This document shows, in pieces, positions 7,387 to 15,677 of a stretch of 17,403 bases of DNA. The notes below the pieces were generated by a model, which saw nothing but the letters and a program-made list of their open reading frames with translations, did not search any database and was not told the DNA's origin. The position numbers were made by a program, and so were the translations under genes. The first letter of the stretch is position 1, and every line of letters starts with the position of its first letter. Source of the stretch: a bacterium (GTDB taxonomy: Bacteria; Sysuimicrobiota; Sysuimicrobiia; Sysuimicrobiales; Kaftiobacteriaceae); contig JBIOWP010000124.1 of assembly GCA_044868695.1 (NCBI GenBank), forward strand, positions 1 to 17,403, in the 5' to 3' direction.

Positions 7387-8667
7387 ATGGATCCCAAGGT
7401 TACGGACGCGCTGGCCGCCATCTCCGATGAGGAAATTCTGGAGATCGAGAAGAGTCTGGTTTCCATTCCCAGCTATACGACAGAAGAGGCGGAGATCGGC
7501 GAGTTCATCGCAGACCTCCTCAATGACGCCGGGATCGAGGTCGGCCTGCAGCGCGTACCGTTTGATGACATCGCATTCTCACCGACGAAGAAAAGCTACA
7601 ATGTCATCGCCCGCATTCACGGCAGCGGTGAAGGACCCAGCCTGATGTTCAACGGCCACATGGACCACGGCCCGATCGGCGGACGAGGCCTCGAAGATTT
7701 CAGCCGGTGGAAGCGTAAGCCGTTCCAGCCGCTTGTCGAGGAAGGATTCCTGTACGGCAAAGGATGCCAGGACGAAAAGGGCGGCATCTGCGCCATGCTG
7801 ACGGCCGTCCTGGTGGTCAGCCGCCTCAAGCTTCCTCTCCGCGGCGATCTGATCGTGGCGCCCGTCTGCGGGCATAAGACGTTCAGCCGCGGGTCGCGTC
7901 ACCTCGTCGCGTCCGGGCTCCGCGCGACCATGGCCGTGAACACGGAGAACTCAGGCAACGGCATCGTGCCTCTCCACGTCGGCGTGTTCAAGGCGGAGGT
8001 GACCGTGAAGGGAGCGCATCCGCACCCCGCCATCCGGAGGCGCAATCCAGACACCCGCATTCAGCCCACTCCCTACCAGCGCGCACAGCAGTTCACGGCC
8101 GCATTGGGGGAGGAGGCTCGGCCCTACCCGGACCGGAGCTGGCTCCGATTCGAACGGCACCCCATCCTCAAGGACTTTCCCTGGCACCACATCGAGCAGA
8201 TCGATTCCAACGGATCACTGGGTCGGACGGTGCACGTCTGGTGGCGAACCCCGCCCGGCGTGACCGAAGATTCTCTGAAGAAAGACCTGGAGGGGCTCGT
8301 CCGCCGGCTGCGTGACGATGACCCATCCTTTGCGGCAACGGTGCGCACATTTGCGTATGGCCCCGCGCTCGAAACACCCGCAAATGCGCCTGTCGTGCAG
8401 GCCCTGGCTCGATGGCATCGGTTCGTCGCCCAGGAGGAACCCAATGTAGGTCCTGACGGCCGGTACGGCGGCTATGGCGATGCCGCGGTGCTCGCCGCCG
8501 CCGGGATGCAGGCCGTCGCGTACGGCCCCGGCGGAGGACTGTCCGACCTGGAGCACCAGCAACGCGTCATGCTCGGCGAAGTGCCCCCCGACGAACGGAT
8601 TCCCGTCAGGGATCTGATTGTGGCTGCTCGAACGTCTGCGTTAGCGACAATCGACCTGCTTTCCTAA
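7387..8667 (+). CDS. M20/ArgE-DapE family metallo-amidohydrolase with atypical active site
   Basis: LVSIPS, NVIARIHG, SLMFNGHMD, LYGKGCQDEKGG, YGDA, YGPG...PDERI. The usual EE motif reads CGHK. SD GAGGAGG inside the upstream gene. Confidence 0.85.
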   Translation: MDPKVTDALAAISDEEILEIEKSLVSIPSYTTEEAEIGEFIADLLNDAGIEVGLQRVPFDDIAFSPTKKSYNVIARIHGSGEGPSLMFNGHMDHGPIGGRGLEDFSRWKRKPFQPLVEEGFLYGKGCQDEKGGICAMLTAVLVVSRLKLPLRGDLIVAPVCGHKTFSRGSRHLVASGLRATMAVNTENSGNGIVPLHVGVFKAEVTVKGAHPHPAIRRRNPDTRIQPTPYQRAQQFTAALGEEARPYPDRSWLRFERHPILKDFPWHHIEQIDSNGSLGRTVHVWWRTPPGVTEDSLKKDLEGLVRRLRDDDPSFAATVRTFAYGPALETPANAPVVQALARWHRFVAQEEPNVGPDGRYGGYGDAAVLAAAGMQAVAYGPGGGLSDLEHQQRVMLGEVPPDERIPVRDLIVAARTSALATIDLLS

Positions 8668-8669
8668 GC

Positions 8670-9590
8670 GTGGCCCTTTACGTCGTCCGCCGCTTGCTGT
8701 TCCTCATTCCTGTCGTGCTGGGAATGACCCTCATTGTGTTCCTCATGCTGCACCTCTCCGGCGGAGACCCGGCGCTCGCGCTCGCAGGGGACAATGCCAG
8801 CGAGGAGGTTTTGGCGGTCATCCGGCACCACCTCGGGCTGGACCGTCCCCTCCACGTCAGGTATCTGGCCTGGGTAAGCGGTGTGGCGCGCGGAGATCTG
8901 GGAGTGTCGTTGATCGATGGGCGCCCGGTGTTGCCGACGATCCTTCAGCACCTGCCTGCTACGCTTCTCTTGATGGCGGGGTCGATGGTGGTGGCCTTGG
9001 GGATCGGTATTCCGAGCGGCATCACGTCCGCCCTCTACCGGCATTCGTTCGTGGACCATGCCAGCAGGCTGTTCGCCCTTGCCGGGGTTTCCATTCCCGG
9101 CTTCTGGCTCGGCCTCATTCTCATTCTCCTCTTGGCTTATGAATGGCGGCTTTTGCCGCTGGCAGGGTACGGCACGCTCCCGCACTTGATCCTCCCCTCG
9201 CTCACCCTCGGCACGGCGATGGCAGCCCTCCTCATGAGGCTCACCCGGGCCAGCCTCCTCGAGGTCCTGCGGGAGGACTACATGCGCACCGCATATGCGA
9301 AGGGATTGTCTCGCGCCCACGCGGTCGTGAAGCACGCGCTGCGCAACGGGATGCTGCCGATTGTTACAGCGATCGGACTGGAGATCGGCATCCTGCTCGG
9401 TGGGACGGTCATCGTCGAGTCGATCTTCAGCTGGCCGGGGATCGGCCGTCTGGCGTACGTGCGCATGCTGCAGCGAGATGCCCCGATGGTCATGGGCAAT
9501 TTGTTCGTCTACGGGTTGATGTTCGGCCTCGTCAACCTCCTCACCGACCTGAGCTACGCCTTCCTGGACCCGCGCATCCGGTATGAGTGA
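8670..9590 (+). CDS. Peptide/opine ABC transporter permease (DppB/OppB type)
   Basis: YVVRRLL, GDP, LGLDRPL, GDLGVS, SIPGFWLG, EDYMRTAYAKGL, VIVESIFSWPGIG, LDPRIRY. Confidence 0.95.
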   Translation: MALYVVRRLLFLIPVVLGMTLIVFLMLHLSGGDPALALAGDNASEEVLAVIRHHLGLDRPLHVRYLAWVSGVARGDLGVSLIDGRPVLPTILQHLPATLLLMAGSMVVALGIGIPSGITSALYRHSFVDHASRLFALAGVSIPGFWLGLILILLLAYEWRLLPLAGYGTLPHLILPSLTLGTAMAALLMRLTRASLLEVLREDYMRTAYAKGLSRAHAVVKHALRNGMLPIVTAIGLEIGILLGGTVIVESIFSWPGIGRLAYVRMLQRDAPMVMGNLFVYGLMFGLVNLLTDLSYAFLDPRIRYE

Positions 9591-10461
9591 CATCACCGTC
9601 GGGGCGCTTCGCGTCCCCGCCGTGCGCGGATTCAGGTCGGAGGTCATCGGGCGTCTCCGGCGCGACCACCTGGCCTCTGCGGGTCTGCTCATTGTGCTTG
9701 TGATTACGCTGACCAGCCTCTTTGCGCCCCTCGTCGCGCCGGAGGATCCTCTCGAGATGCGTCCGGAGAACCGGTATGCTCCTCCATCTCGAGAGCATTT
9801 CCTCGGAACGGACTTCTTTGGCCGGGATATCCTGAGCAGGCTCGTCTACGGCGGCCGCGTATCGCTCATGGTGGGTCTGGGGACCCTGGCGATCAACGGC
9901 GCCTTGGGGCTCCCCCTCGGGTTGTTGGCCGGATATCTCGGTGGTCGGGTGGATACCATCATCATGCGCGTGGCGGATACGCTGATTGTCTTTCCTACGT
10001 TGATCTTTGCGATGGCGCTGATGGCCATGCGCGGCGTGGGATTGACGGAACTGATCGTCGCCTTGACCTTCAAGGGATGGACCCCTCTTGCGCGGCTCGT
10101 GCGGTCCGAGGCGATTGCCGTCCGGGAGCGTGAATTTGTGCAGGCTGCCCGCGCGATCGGGGCGAGCCACGGGCGGATCATCCTCCGGCACGTGCTTCCA
10201 AACAGCCTTTCCGCGTTCGTCGTCTACGCGACGCTGGGGATCACAACGCCCATTCTTGCGGAGGCCGCGTTGAGCTTTCTGGGTCTGGGGATCCAGCCCC
10301 CGGCGATCAGCTGGGGACAGATGATCAGCCAGGAGCGCAATTACATGCAGCTGGCGTGGTGGCCCGTGACCTTCCCCGGCGCGATCATCGCGCTCACCGT
10401 CCTCGGATTCAACCTGCTGGGAGACGGACTCCGGGACGCGCTCGACCCTCGCCTGAAATAA
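9583..10461 (+). CDS. Peptide/opine ABC transporter permease (DppC/OppC type)
   Basis: PPSREHFLGTDFFGRDILSR, EAA-like loop REFVQAARAIGAS, RHVLPN, LSFLGLG, GDGLRDALDPR; 8-nt overlap with the upstream permease. Confidence 0.95.
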   Translation: MSDITVGALRVPAVRGFRSEVIGRLRRDHLASAGLLIVLVITLTSLFAPLVAPEDPLEMRPENRYAPPSREHFLGTDFFGRDILSRLVYGGRVSLMVGLGTLAINGALGLPLGLLAGYLGGRVDTIIMRVADTLIVFPTLIFAMALMAMRGVGLTELIVALTFKGWTPLARLVRSEAIAVREREFVQAARAIGASHGRIILRHVLPNSLSAFVVYATLGITTPILAEAALSFLGLGIQPPAISWGQMISQERNYMQLAWWPVTFPGAIIALTVLGFNLLGDGLRDALDPRLK

Positions 10462-10594
10462 CAACCTGCGGTCAACACTCGCACGTTACCCCTTCTCACA
10501 ACCTTCACGCGCTGCGGGTGGCTGCCCGGGGGAGGGGGTGGTGGTCAGGGCAGCAAAGAGCGGAGTAGCCCACGCGCACAGAGGAGGGGTCCGG

Positions 10595-12184
10595 ATGACC
10601 GTATGGTCTGCGTTTGCCCGCATTGTGATTCCCCTGCTGGTCGCTCTCGCAGCGGTTCCGCTGCCTGCGACCCAGGCCCAGCCCGCCACGGGAGGGGAAC
10701 TGGTTCTCGTTTCCACCGAGGAGCCGGATACGCTCGACGCGCAGAAGACCAGCACTGCCGTCACCGGCCTGCTGATGCGCTACCTCGGCGATACGCTGAT
10801 CACCAAGGACTTGAAGGGGAACTACATTGCCGCGCTGGCCCGGTCCTGGAGCGTGTCGGGGGACGGACTTACGTGGACGTTCCAGCTTCGCACCGACGTG
10901 AAGTTCCACGACGGCACCCCGCTGAACGCCCAGGCGGTCAAGGCGTCTATTGAACGTGCGCTCTCGCCGGATACGAAATCGCCCATTGCGGGAGCGTTGT
11001 TCGGGCCGGTGGCCGGCGTCCAGACGGCCGGCGACTCGACGGTTATCATCAAGCTGAAGGAACCCTTCGCGCCGTTCCTGGACAACCTCACCGACCCCCG
11101 CGCCATGATCGTGAGCCCTTCGGCCGTCCGCGACCTGGGCGACCGCTTCGGCCGCTCGCCGGTCGGCACGGGCGCGTTCAAGTTCCAGGAGTGGCGCAGC
11201 GCGGACCGCATCATCTTCGCCCGCAACCCCGACTACCGGTGGGCGCCGGCCTACGCGCACGCCGGCCCTCCCTTGGTCGAGCGTCTCGTGCTGCGGATCA
11301 TGCCGGAGTCCGGGGCGCAGGTGGCCGCCTTCGAGCGCGGCGAGCTCTCCATTCTGGCCGTGCCGCCGACCGACGTCCGCCGGTTGCAGGCGATGAGCAA
11401 GTACCCGTTCTTCTCCTTCCTGCGCAAGGGCGTGGGGCTGTTCATGGAGTTCAACGTGACGAAAGAACCCTTCTCGGATATCCGGGTCCGTCGCGCCTTC
11501 GGCCACGCCATTGAGCGGAAGAGCGTGCTGGAGATCGGCCTGGAGGGACTCGGGGAGATTGCCTACGGGCCGCTGCCTCCATCGATCTGGGGTTACTGGG
11601 ACGGCATCAAGGACTACGCTCCCAAGTACGATCCCGCCAGGGCCAGGGCGCTCCTGGCGGAGGCGGGATGGCGAGCGGGGTCCACCGGCACCTTGGAGAA
11701 GGACGGCAAACCGTTCTCCTTCACGCTGTATACGGCGCCGATCGACACCTGGCGGCGATCCGCTCAGATCGTCCAGGCTCAGTTGCGCGCCTTCGGCATC
11801 GCGATGGAGATCCAGACCTTCGAGTTCGGGACCCTGCTGGCCAAGCTCAAAGCGGCCGAGCATCCGGCCGAGTTCATGGGCTACACGTACACGTCCCCCG
11901 ACATCGTGCAGCTGTGGTTCCACTCGTCCAACATCGGGACGGGACTGACCCTCAGCCACAACAAGGACGCGCGGCTGGACAGCCTGATCGACGCGTCGCG
12001 GCGTGAGACGGACCAGGGGAAGCGGCTGGCCCTCTACCGCGACATCCAGAAGTACGTCGTGGACCAGGCGCTGTGGGTCCCGCTGTGGACCAACACGAAC
12101 TACATCGCGATCCAACCGGCCGTGCAGGGGGCGAAGATTCATCCGGACGGGTTCGTGGTGCTGAATGACATCTCGCTGAAATAG
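10595..12184 (+). CDS. ABC transporter solute-binding protein, family 5 (dipeptide/oligopeptide type)
   Basis: Start ATG 10595 after SD GAGGAGG; signal peptide ending TQA; EPDTLD, LARSW, FQLRTDVKFHDGTP, PVGTGAFKF, DIRVRRAFGHAIER. Confidence 0.95.
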   Translation: MTVWSAFARIVIPLLVALAAVPLPATQAQPATGGELVLVSTEEPDTLDAQKTSTAVTGLLMRYLGDTLITKDLKGNYIAALARSWSVSGDGLTWTFQLRTDVKFHDGTPLNAQAVKASIERALSPDTKSPIAGALFGPVAGVQTAGDSTVIIKLKEPFAPFLDNLTDPRAMIVSPSAVRDLGDRFGRSPVGTGAFKFQEWRSADRIIFARNPDYRWAPAYAHAGPPLVERLVLRIMPESGAQVAAFERGELSILAVPPTDVRRLQAMSKYPFFSFLRKGVGLFMEFNVTKEPFSDIRVRRAFGHAIERKSVLEIGLEGLGEIAYGPLPPSIWGYWDGIKDYAPKYDPARARALLAEAGWRAGSTGTLEKDGKPFSFTLYTAPIDTWRRSAQIVQAQLRAFGIAMEIQTFEFGTLLAKLKAAEHPAEFMGYTYTSPDIVQLWFHSSNIGTGLTLSHNKDARLDSLIDASRRETDQGKRLALYRDIQKYVVDQALWVPLWTNTNYIAIQPAVQGAKIHPDGFVVLNDISLK

Positions 12185-12195
12185 GCGGAAGCAGG

Positions 12196-13116
12196 ATGCG
12201 GGCTTTCTTAGCGCGGCGGATCCTGCTGCTCGTCCCGACTGTTCTTGGGGTCACCCTGGCGACCTTCCTGATGCTGCACCTCACGCCGGGTGACCCCGTC
12301 ACCATCATGCTGGGGGAGTTCGCGTCGGCGTCCGAGGTGGCACGGCTCCGTTCCGAGTTGGGACTCGACCGCCCCTTGATCGTGCAGTACCTGAAGTTTC
12401 TTGAACGGGTCATGCGGGGGGACCTGGGCAGTTCCATCCGCAGCCGCCGGGCCGTCACTGAGGAGATCGCCGAGCGCCTGCCGCCTACGCTGGAGCTCGC
12501 GCTCGCGGCCCAGGTGCTCGCGGTCGGCGCCGGCATCATCGCAGGTGTCGCCGCCGCGGCGGCCCGGCGTCCCTCGGTCGATTCCGCGATTGTGGCGGTC
12601 ACCCTGGTGGGGCTGTCCATGCCGACGTTCTGGTCGGGGCTGCTGCTCATCCTGCTGTTCTCACTGACGCTGGGATGGCTCCCGATTACGGAGTCCGGGG
12701 GACTGCGGGCCCTCATCCTGCCGGCGGTGACGCTGGCCGCACCTGCGGCGGCGGTGCTGGCCCGCGTCACGCGCGCTGGCGTGCTGGGGGTGCTGCGGGC
12801 GGATTACGTGCGGACCGCGAGGGCCAAGGGGGTGTCGGAGCGGCTGGTGGTATACCGGCACGCGCTGCGCAACGCGATGATCCCCGTCCTCACGATCGCC
12901 GGCCTGCAGTTCGCGGGCCTGGTCGCCGGTGCCGTCATCGTTGAATCCGTCTTCTCGCGTCCAGGGTTGGGCCGGCTGGCCGTCAGCGCGATCCTGTCGC
13001 GCGATTTCCCGTTGGCCCAGGGGATTGTGCTCGTCGTGGCGACCTTGTATGTCTTTGTGAACGTGGGCGTCGACATCATGTACGGGATCCTCGACCCCCG
13101 GATCCGGTACCAGTGA
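12196..13116 (+). CDS. Peptide ABC transporter permease (DppB/OppB type)
   Basis: FLARRILL, PGDP, LGLDRPL, GDLGSS, SMPTFW, DYVRTARAKG, VIVESVFSRPGLG, LDPRIRY. Confidence 0.95.
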   Translation: MRAFLARRILLLVPTVLGVTLATFLMLHLTPGDPVTIMLGEFASASEVARLRSELGLDRPLIVQYLKFLERVMRGDLGSSIRSRRAVTEEIAERLPPTLELALAAQVLAVGAGIIAGVAAAAARRPSVDSAIVAVTLVGLSMPTFWSGLLLILLFSLTLGWLPITESGGLRALILPAVTLAAPAAAVLARVTRAGVLGVLRADYVRTARAKGVSERLVVYRHALRNAMIPVLTIAGLQFAGLVAGAVIVESVFSRPGLGRLAVSAILSRDFPLAQGIVLVVATLYVFVNVGVDIMYGILDPRIRYQ

Positions 13117-14003
13117 TGGCCACGGCCTCCGGCGCCGCGCGGCAGGTCGCGATCGTTCCGGCGCTCCAGCACCCCCGCGCTGTCCTGCGCCGGCTCCGCC
13201 GCAGGCCGCTGGTGGTCGCCGCGCTCATTGCGCTTGTGCTGTTTGTGGTTGTCGCGTTGGCCGCTCCGCTGCTCGCGCCGTACGATCCGGCGGCGCTGAT
13301 CCCGGGGGCCGTGCTTCGTCCGCCCTCGCGGAGCTTTCTACTGGGGACCGACGAGCTGGGCCGTGACGTGCTGAGCCGCGTCATCCACGGCGCCCGCATC
13401 TCGCTGCAGATCGGGCTGGTCACGATCGGGATCGCGCTGGTGCTCGGCACGATCGTCGGCCTCCTGGCGGGATTCTACGGCGGAGTCCTCGATGGCGCGC
13501 TGATGGCGGTCATGGAGGTGCTGCTGGCGTTTCCACAGATTCTCCTTGCGATGGCCATTCTCGCGATGCTGGGGCCCAGCCTGACGAACGCGATGATCGC
13601 CGTCGGCATCTCCGCGGTTCCCGTCTACGCGCGGACGGCCCGCGGGATGACCATGAGCGTGCGCGCCATGGACTACGTTGAAGCGGCCCGGGCGCTGGGC
13701 GCCGGCGAGGGGCGGATGCTGCTCCGCCACGTGCTTCCGAACATGATCTCTCCCGTCGTGGTCCTGGCAACCGCGGGCGTCGGCATCGCCATCCTCATCG
13801 CGGCCGGGCTGAGCTACCTGGGGCTGGGGGCCCAGCCGCCCACGCCGGAGTGGGGCGCGATGCTCAGCGAGGCGCGCGCCTACCTGCGCAACGCGTGGTG
13901 GATGGCGACCTTTCCGGGCCTCGCCATTACGCTGGTGGTCATCAGCCTGAATCTCTGCGGCGACTGGCTGCGCGATCTGCTCGACCCGCGGTTGAGCGCG
14001 TGA
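13113..14003 (+). CDS. Peptide ABC transporter permease (DppC/OppC type)
   Basis: LLGTDELGRDVLSR, DYVEAARALGA, RHVLPN, LSYLGLGAQPPTPEWG, GDWLRDLLDPR. Start is GTG 13113 or ATG 13116, both overlapping the upstream stop. Confidence 0.95.
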   Translation: MMATASGAARQVAIVPALQHPRAVLRRLRRRPLVVAALIALVLFVVVALAAPLLAPYDPAALIPGAVLRPPSRSFLLGTDELGRDVLSRVIHGARISLQIGLVTIGIALVLGTIVGLLAGFYGGVLDGALMAVMEVLLAFPQILLAMAILAMLGPSLTNAMIAVGISAVPVYARTARGMTMSVRAMDYVEAARALGAGEGRMLLRHVLPNMISPVVVLATAGVGIAILIAAGLSYLGLGAQPPTPEWGAMLSEARAYLRNAWWMATFPGLAITLVVISLNLCGDWLRDLLDPRLSA

Positions 14004-14839
14004 ATCCATCCGTGATCGTGCCGGAGCTCCAGCGGTTGGCGGCGGGGTTCAGCGGCGTGCTCGGCGTGTGGTGTCGCTCGCTCACGTCCGGCGAGACGGT
14101 CGCGTGGAACGCGGAGGAGGTGTTTCCCGCCGCGTCTGCGATCAAGCTGCCGATTCTGTACGAGGTCTACCGCCAGGCGGGCGAGGGACGCTTCCAGCTC
14201 ACCGATACGCGAACTGTGGAGGCCGCGGAGATCGTGCCCGGGTCGGGGATCCTGAAGGACCTGACGCCCGGTCTCGCGCTGCCGATCCGCGACCTGGCGA
14301 CGCTCATGATCGTGGTCAGCGACAACACGGCGGCTAATCTGATGATCGACCTGGTGGGTGTCGACGCGGTGAACCGGTCGATGGCGACGCTGGGGCTGCG
14401 CGCGACGGTGCTTGAAAACAAGTTCTTTCGCTCGCCACCGGGGGCGCGTGGCGCCCGTACGACGCCGGCCGACCTAGGCCATCTGATGACGCAGATTGCC
14501 GACCATGCGGTGCTGACGCCTGCCGCGTGCGAGGAGATGCGGCAGATTCTCCGGCTGCAGCACCACACCGACCACGTTACCCGCAGGATCGCCGATTTTG
14601 ACGGGTTCTTGGAAACCGGCACGGAGCCGGTGGTCACCGTCGCTTCGAAGAGCGGGTCCATCCGGGGCACGCGCAACGACGTCGCGCTCGTGGAGAGCAG
14701 GGACTGCCGGTATGTGATCGCCATGATGAGCCGGGACTGCGCGGATCGCCGCTTCTACGTCGATAACGAGGCCGGGGTGCTGCTGGCAGACGTCTCGGCT
14801 CTCGTCTACGCGCACTTCAGCAAGGGGGGACGCAGGTGA
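14000..14839 (+). CDS. Class A beta-lactamase-like serine hydrolase, no signal peptide
   Basis: Start GTG 14000 (GTGA overlap). Motifs FPAASAIK (SxxK), MIVVSDNTAAN (SDN), ASKSG (K[TS]G), RNDVAL. Confidence 0.88.
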   Translation: MNPSVIVPELQRLAAGFSGVLGVWCRSLTSGETVAWNAEEVFPAASAIKLPILYEVYRQAGEGRFQLTDTRTVEAAEIVPGSGILKDLTPGLALPIRDLATLMIVVSDNTAANLMIDLVGVDAVNRSMATLGLRATVLENKFFRSPPGARGARTTPADLGHLMTQIADHAVLTPAACEEMRQILRLQHHTDHVTRRIADFDGFLETGTEPVVTVASKSGSIRGTRNDVALVESRDCRYVIAMMSRDCADRRFYVDNEAGVLLADVSALVYAHFSKGGRR

Positions 14840-15675
14840 AGATTTACATCTCCGTCGACATGGAAGGCATTGCGGGCGTGGCGGTCGGGAAGCACGTGCA
14901 GCCGGACCAGAAGGAGTACGAACGGTTTCGCCGCCTGATGACGCAGGAGGCCAACGCCGCCGTGGAAGGCGCACTCGCCGGCGGGGCGGGGGAGGTCGTT
15001 GTCAGCGACGGCCACGGGCCGATGACCAATATCCTCGTGGAGGAGCTGCACCCGGAAGCGCGGCTGCTCAGTGGCAGCAACCGGCTGCTGTGCCAGCTGG
15101 AAGGGATCGACAAGACGTTCGCAGGGGCATTCTTCATCGGCTACCATCAGCGCGAGGGCGGAGGCGACGGTGTCTTGAACCACACACTCCTGGGACGCAT
15201 CGTCCAGGAGATCCGGATCAACGGCGAGCCCGTTGATGAGGCGGCCATCAACGCCGGACTCGCCGGCGCGTTCGGCGTGCCCGTGGCGCTGGTGAGCGGT
15301 GATGCTTCGGTCTGCACGGAGGCCGGACGGCGGCTGCCGGGCGTGCTGGTGGCGCCGGTCAAAGAGGGCCTGGACCGCTACACCGGCCTGTCGGTGACGC
15401 CGCAGAAGGCGCAGGCCCTGATCCGCGAGCGGGCCCGCGAGGCCGCGGCCGCGGTGCGCGCGGGACGCATGACGCCCTATCAGGTGAAGGCGCCCGTGAC
15501 GTTTGAGGTCGAATTCAAACGGACCGCGCCAGCCCGGATGGCGACGCTCTTTCCGGGGGTCGAGCGGCCCGGGCCCCGCACTATTGCCGTCAAGGACCAG
15601 GATTACGTGCGGGCCTTCAAGCAGGTGTGGGGCTGCCTGATCATCGGGATGGCGGCGTTCGAAGGGTTGCTGTAG
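14836..15675 (+). CDS. dppA: D-aminopeptidase, peptidase family M55
   Basis: MKIYISVDMEG (DxE metal motif), VSDGHG, FFIGYH, LNHT, VDEAAINA, LVSGD; GTGA overlap with the upstream gene. Confidence 0.93.
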   Translation: MKIYISVDMEGIAGVAVGKHVQPDQKEYERFRRLMTQEANAAVEGALAGGAGEVVVSDGHGPMTNILVEELHPEARLLSGSNRLLCQLEGIDKTFAGAFFIGYHQREGGGDGVLNHTLLGRIVQEIRINGEPVDEAAINAGLAGAFGVPVALVSGDASVCTEAGRRLPGVLVAPVKEGLDRYTGLSVTPQKAQALIRERAREAAAAVRAGRMTPYQVKAPVTFEVEFKRTAPARMATLFPGVERPGPRTIAVKDQDYVRAFKQVWGCLIIGMAAFEGLL

Positions 15676-15677
15676 CG

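Noticed and set aside
10462..10594. Guanidine riboswitch upstream of the ureohydrolase-containing operon
   Set aside because: No paired ACGR-loop hairpins or other guanidine riboswitch consensus visible here or at 16653-16686.
10505..12142. 545-aa minus-strand ORF, and similar ORFs at 4400-5125, 5636-6625, 8664-9692, 9541-10464 and 14806-15738
   Set aside because: All lie antisense to well-supported genes and show no family motifs.
13850..14839. Functional beta-lactamase resistance gene with the longer 329-aa start
   Set aside because: The extension overlaps the permease by about 150 nt and is not a signal peptide; the class A ExxLN motif is absent; context is catabolic.
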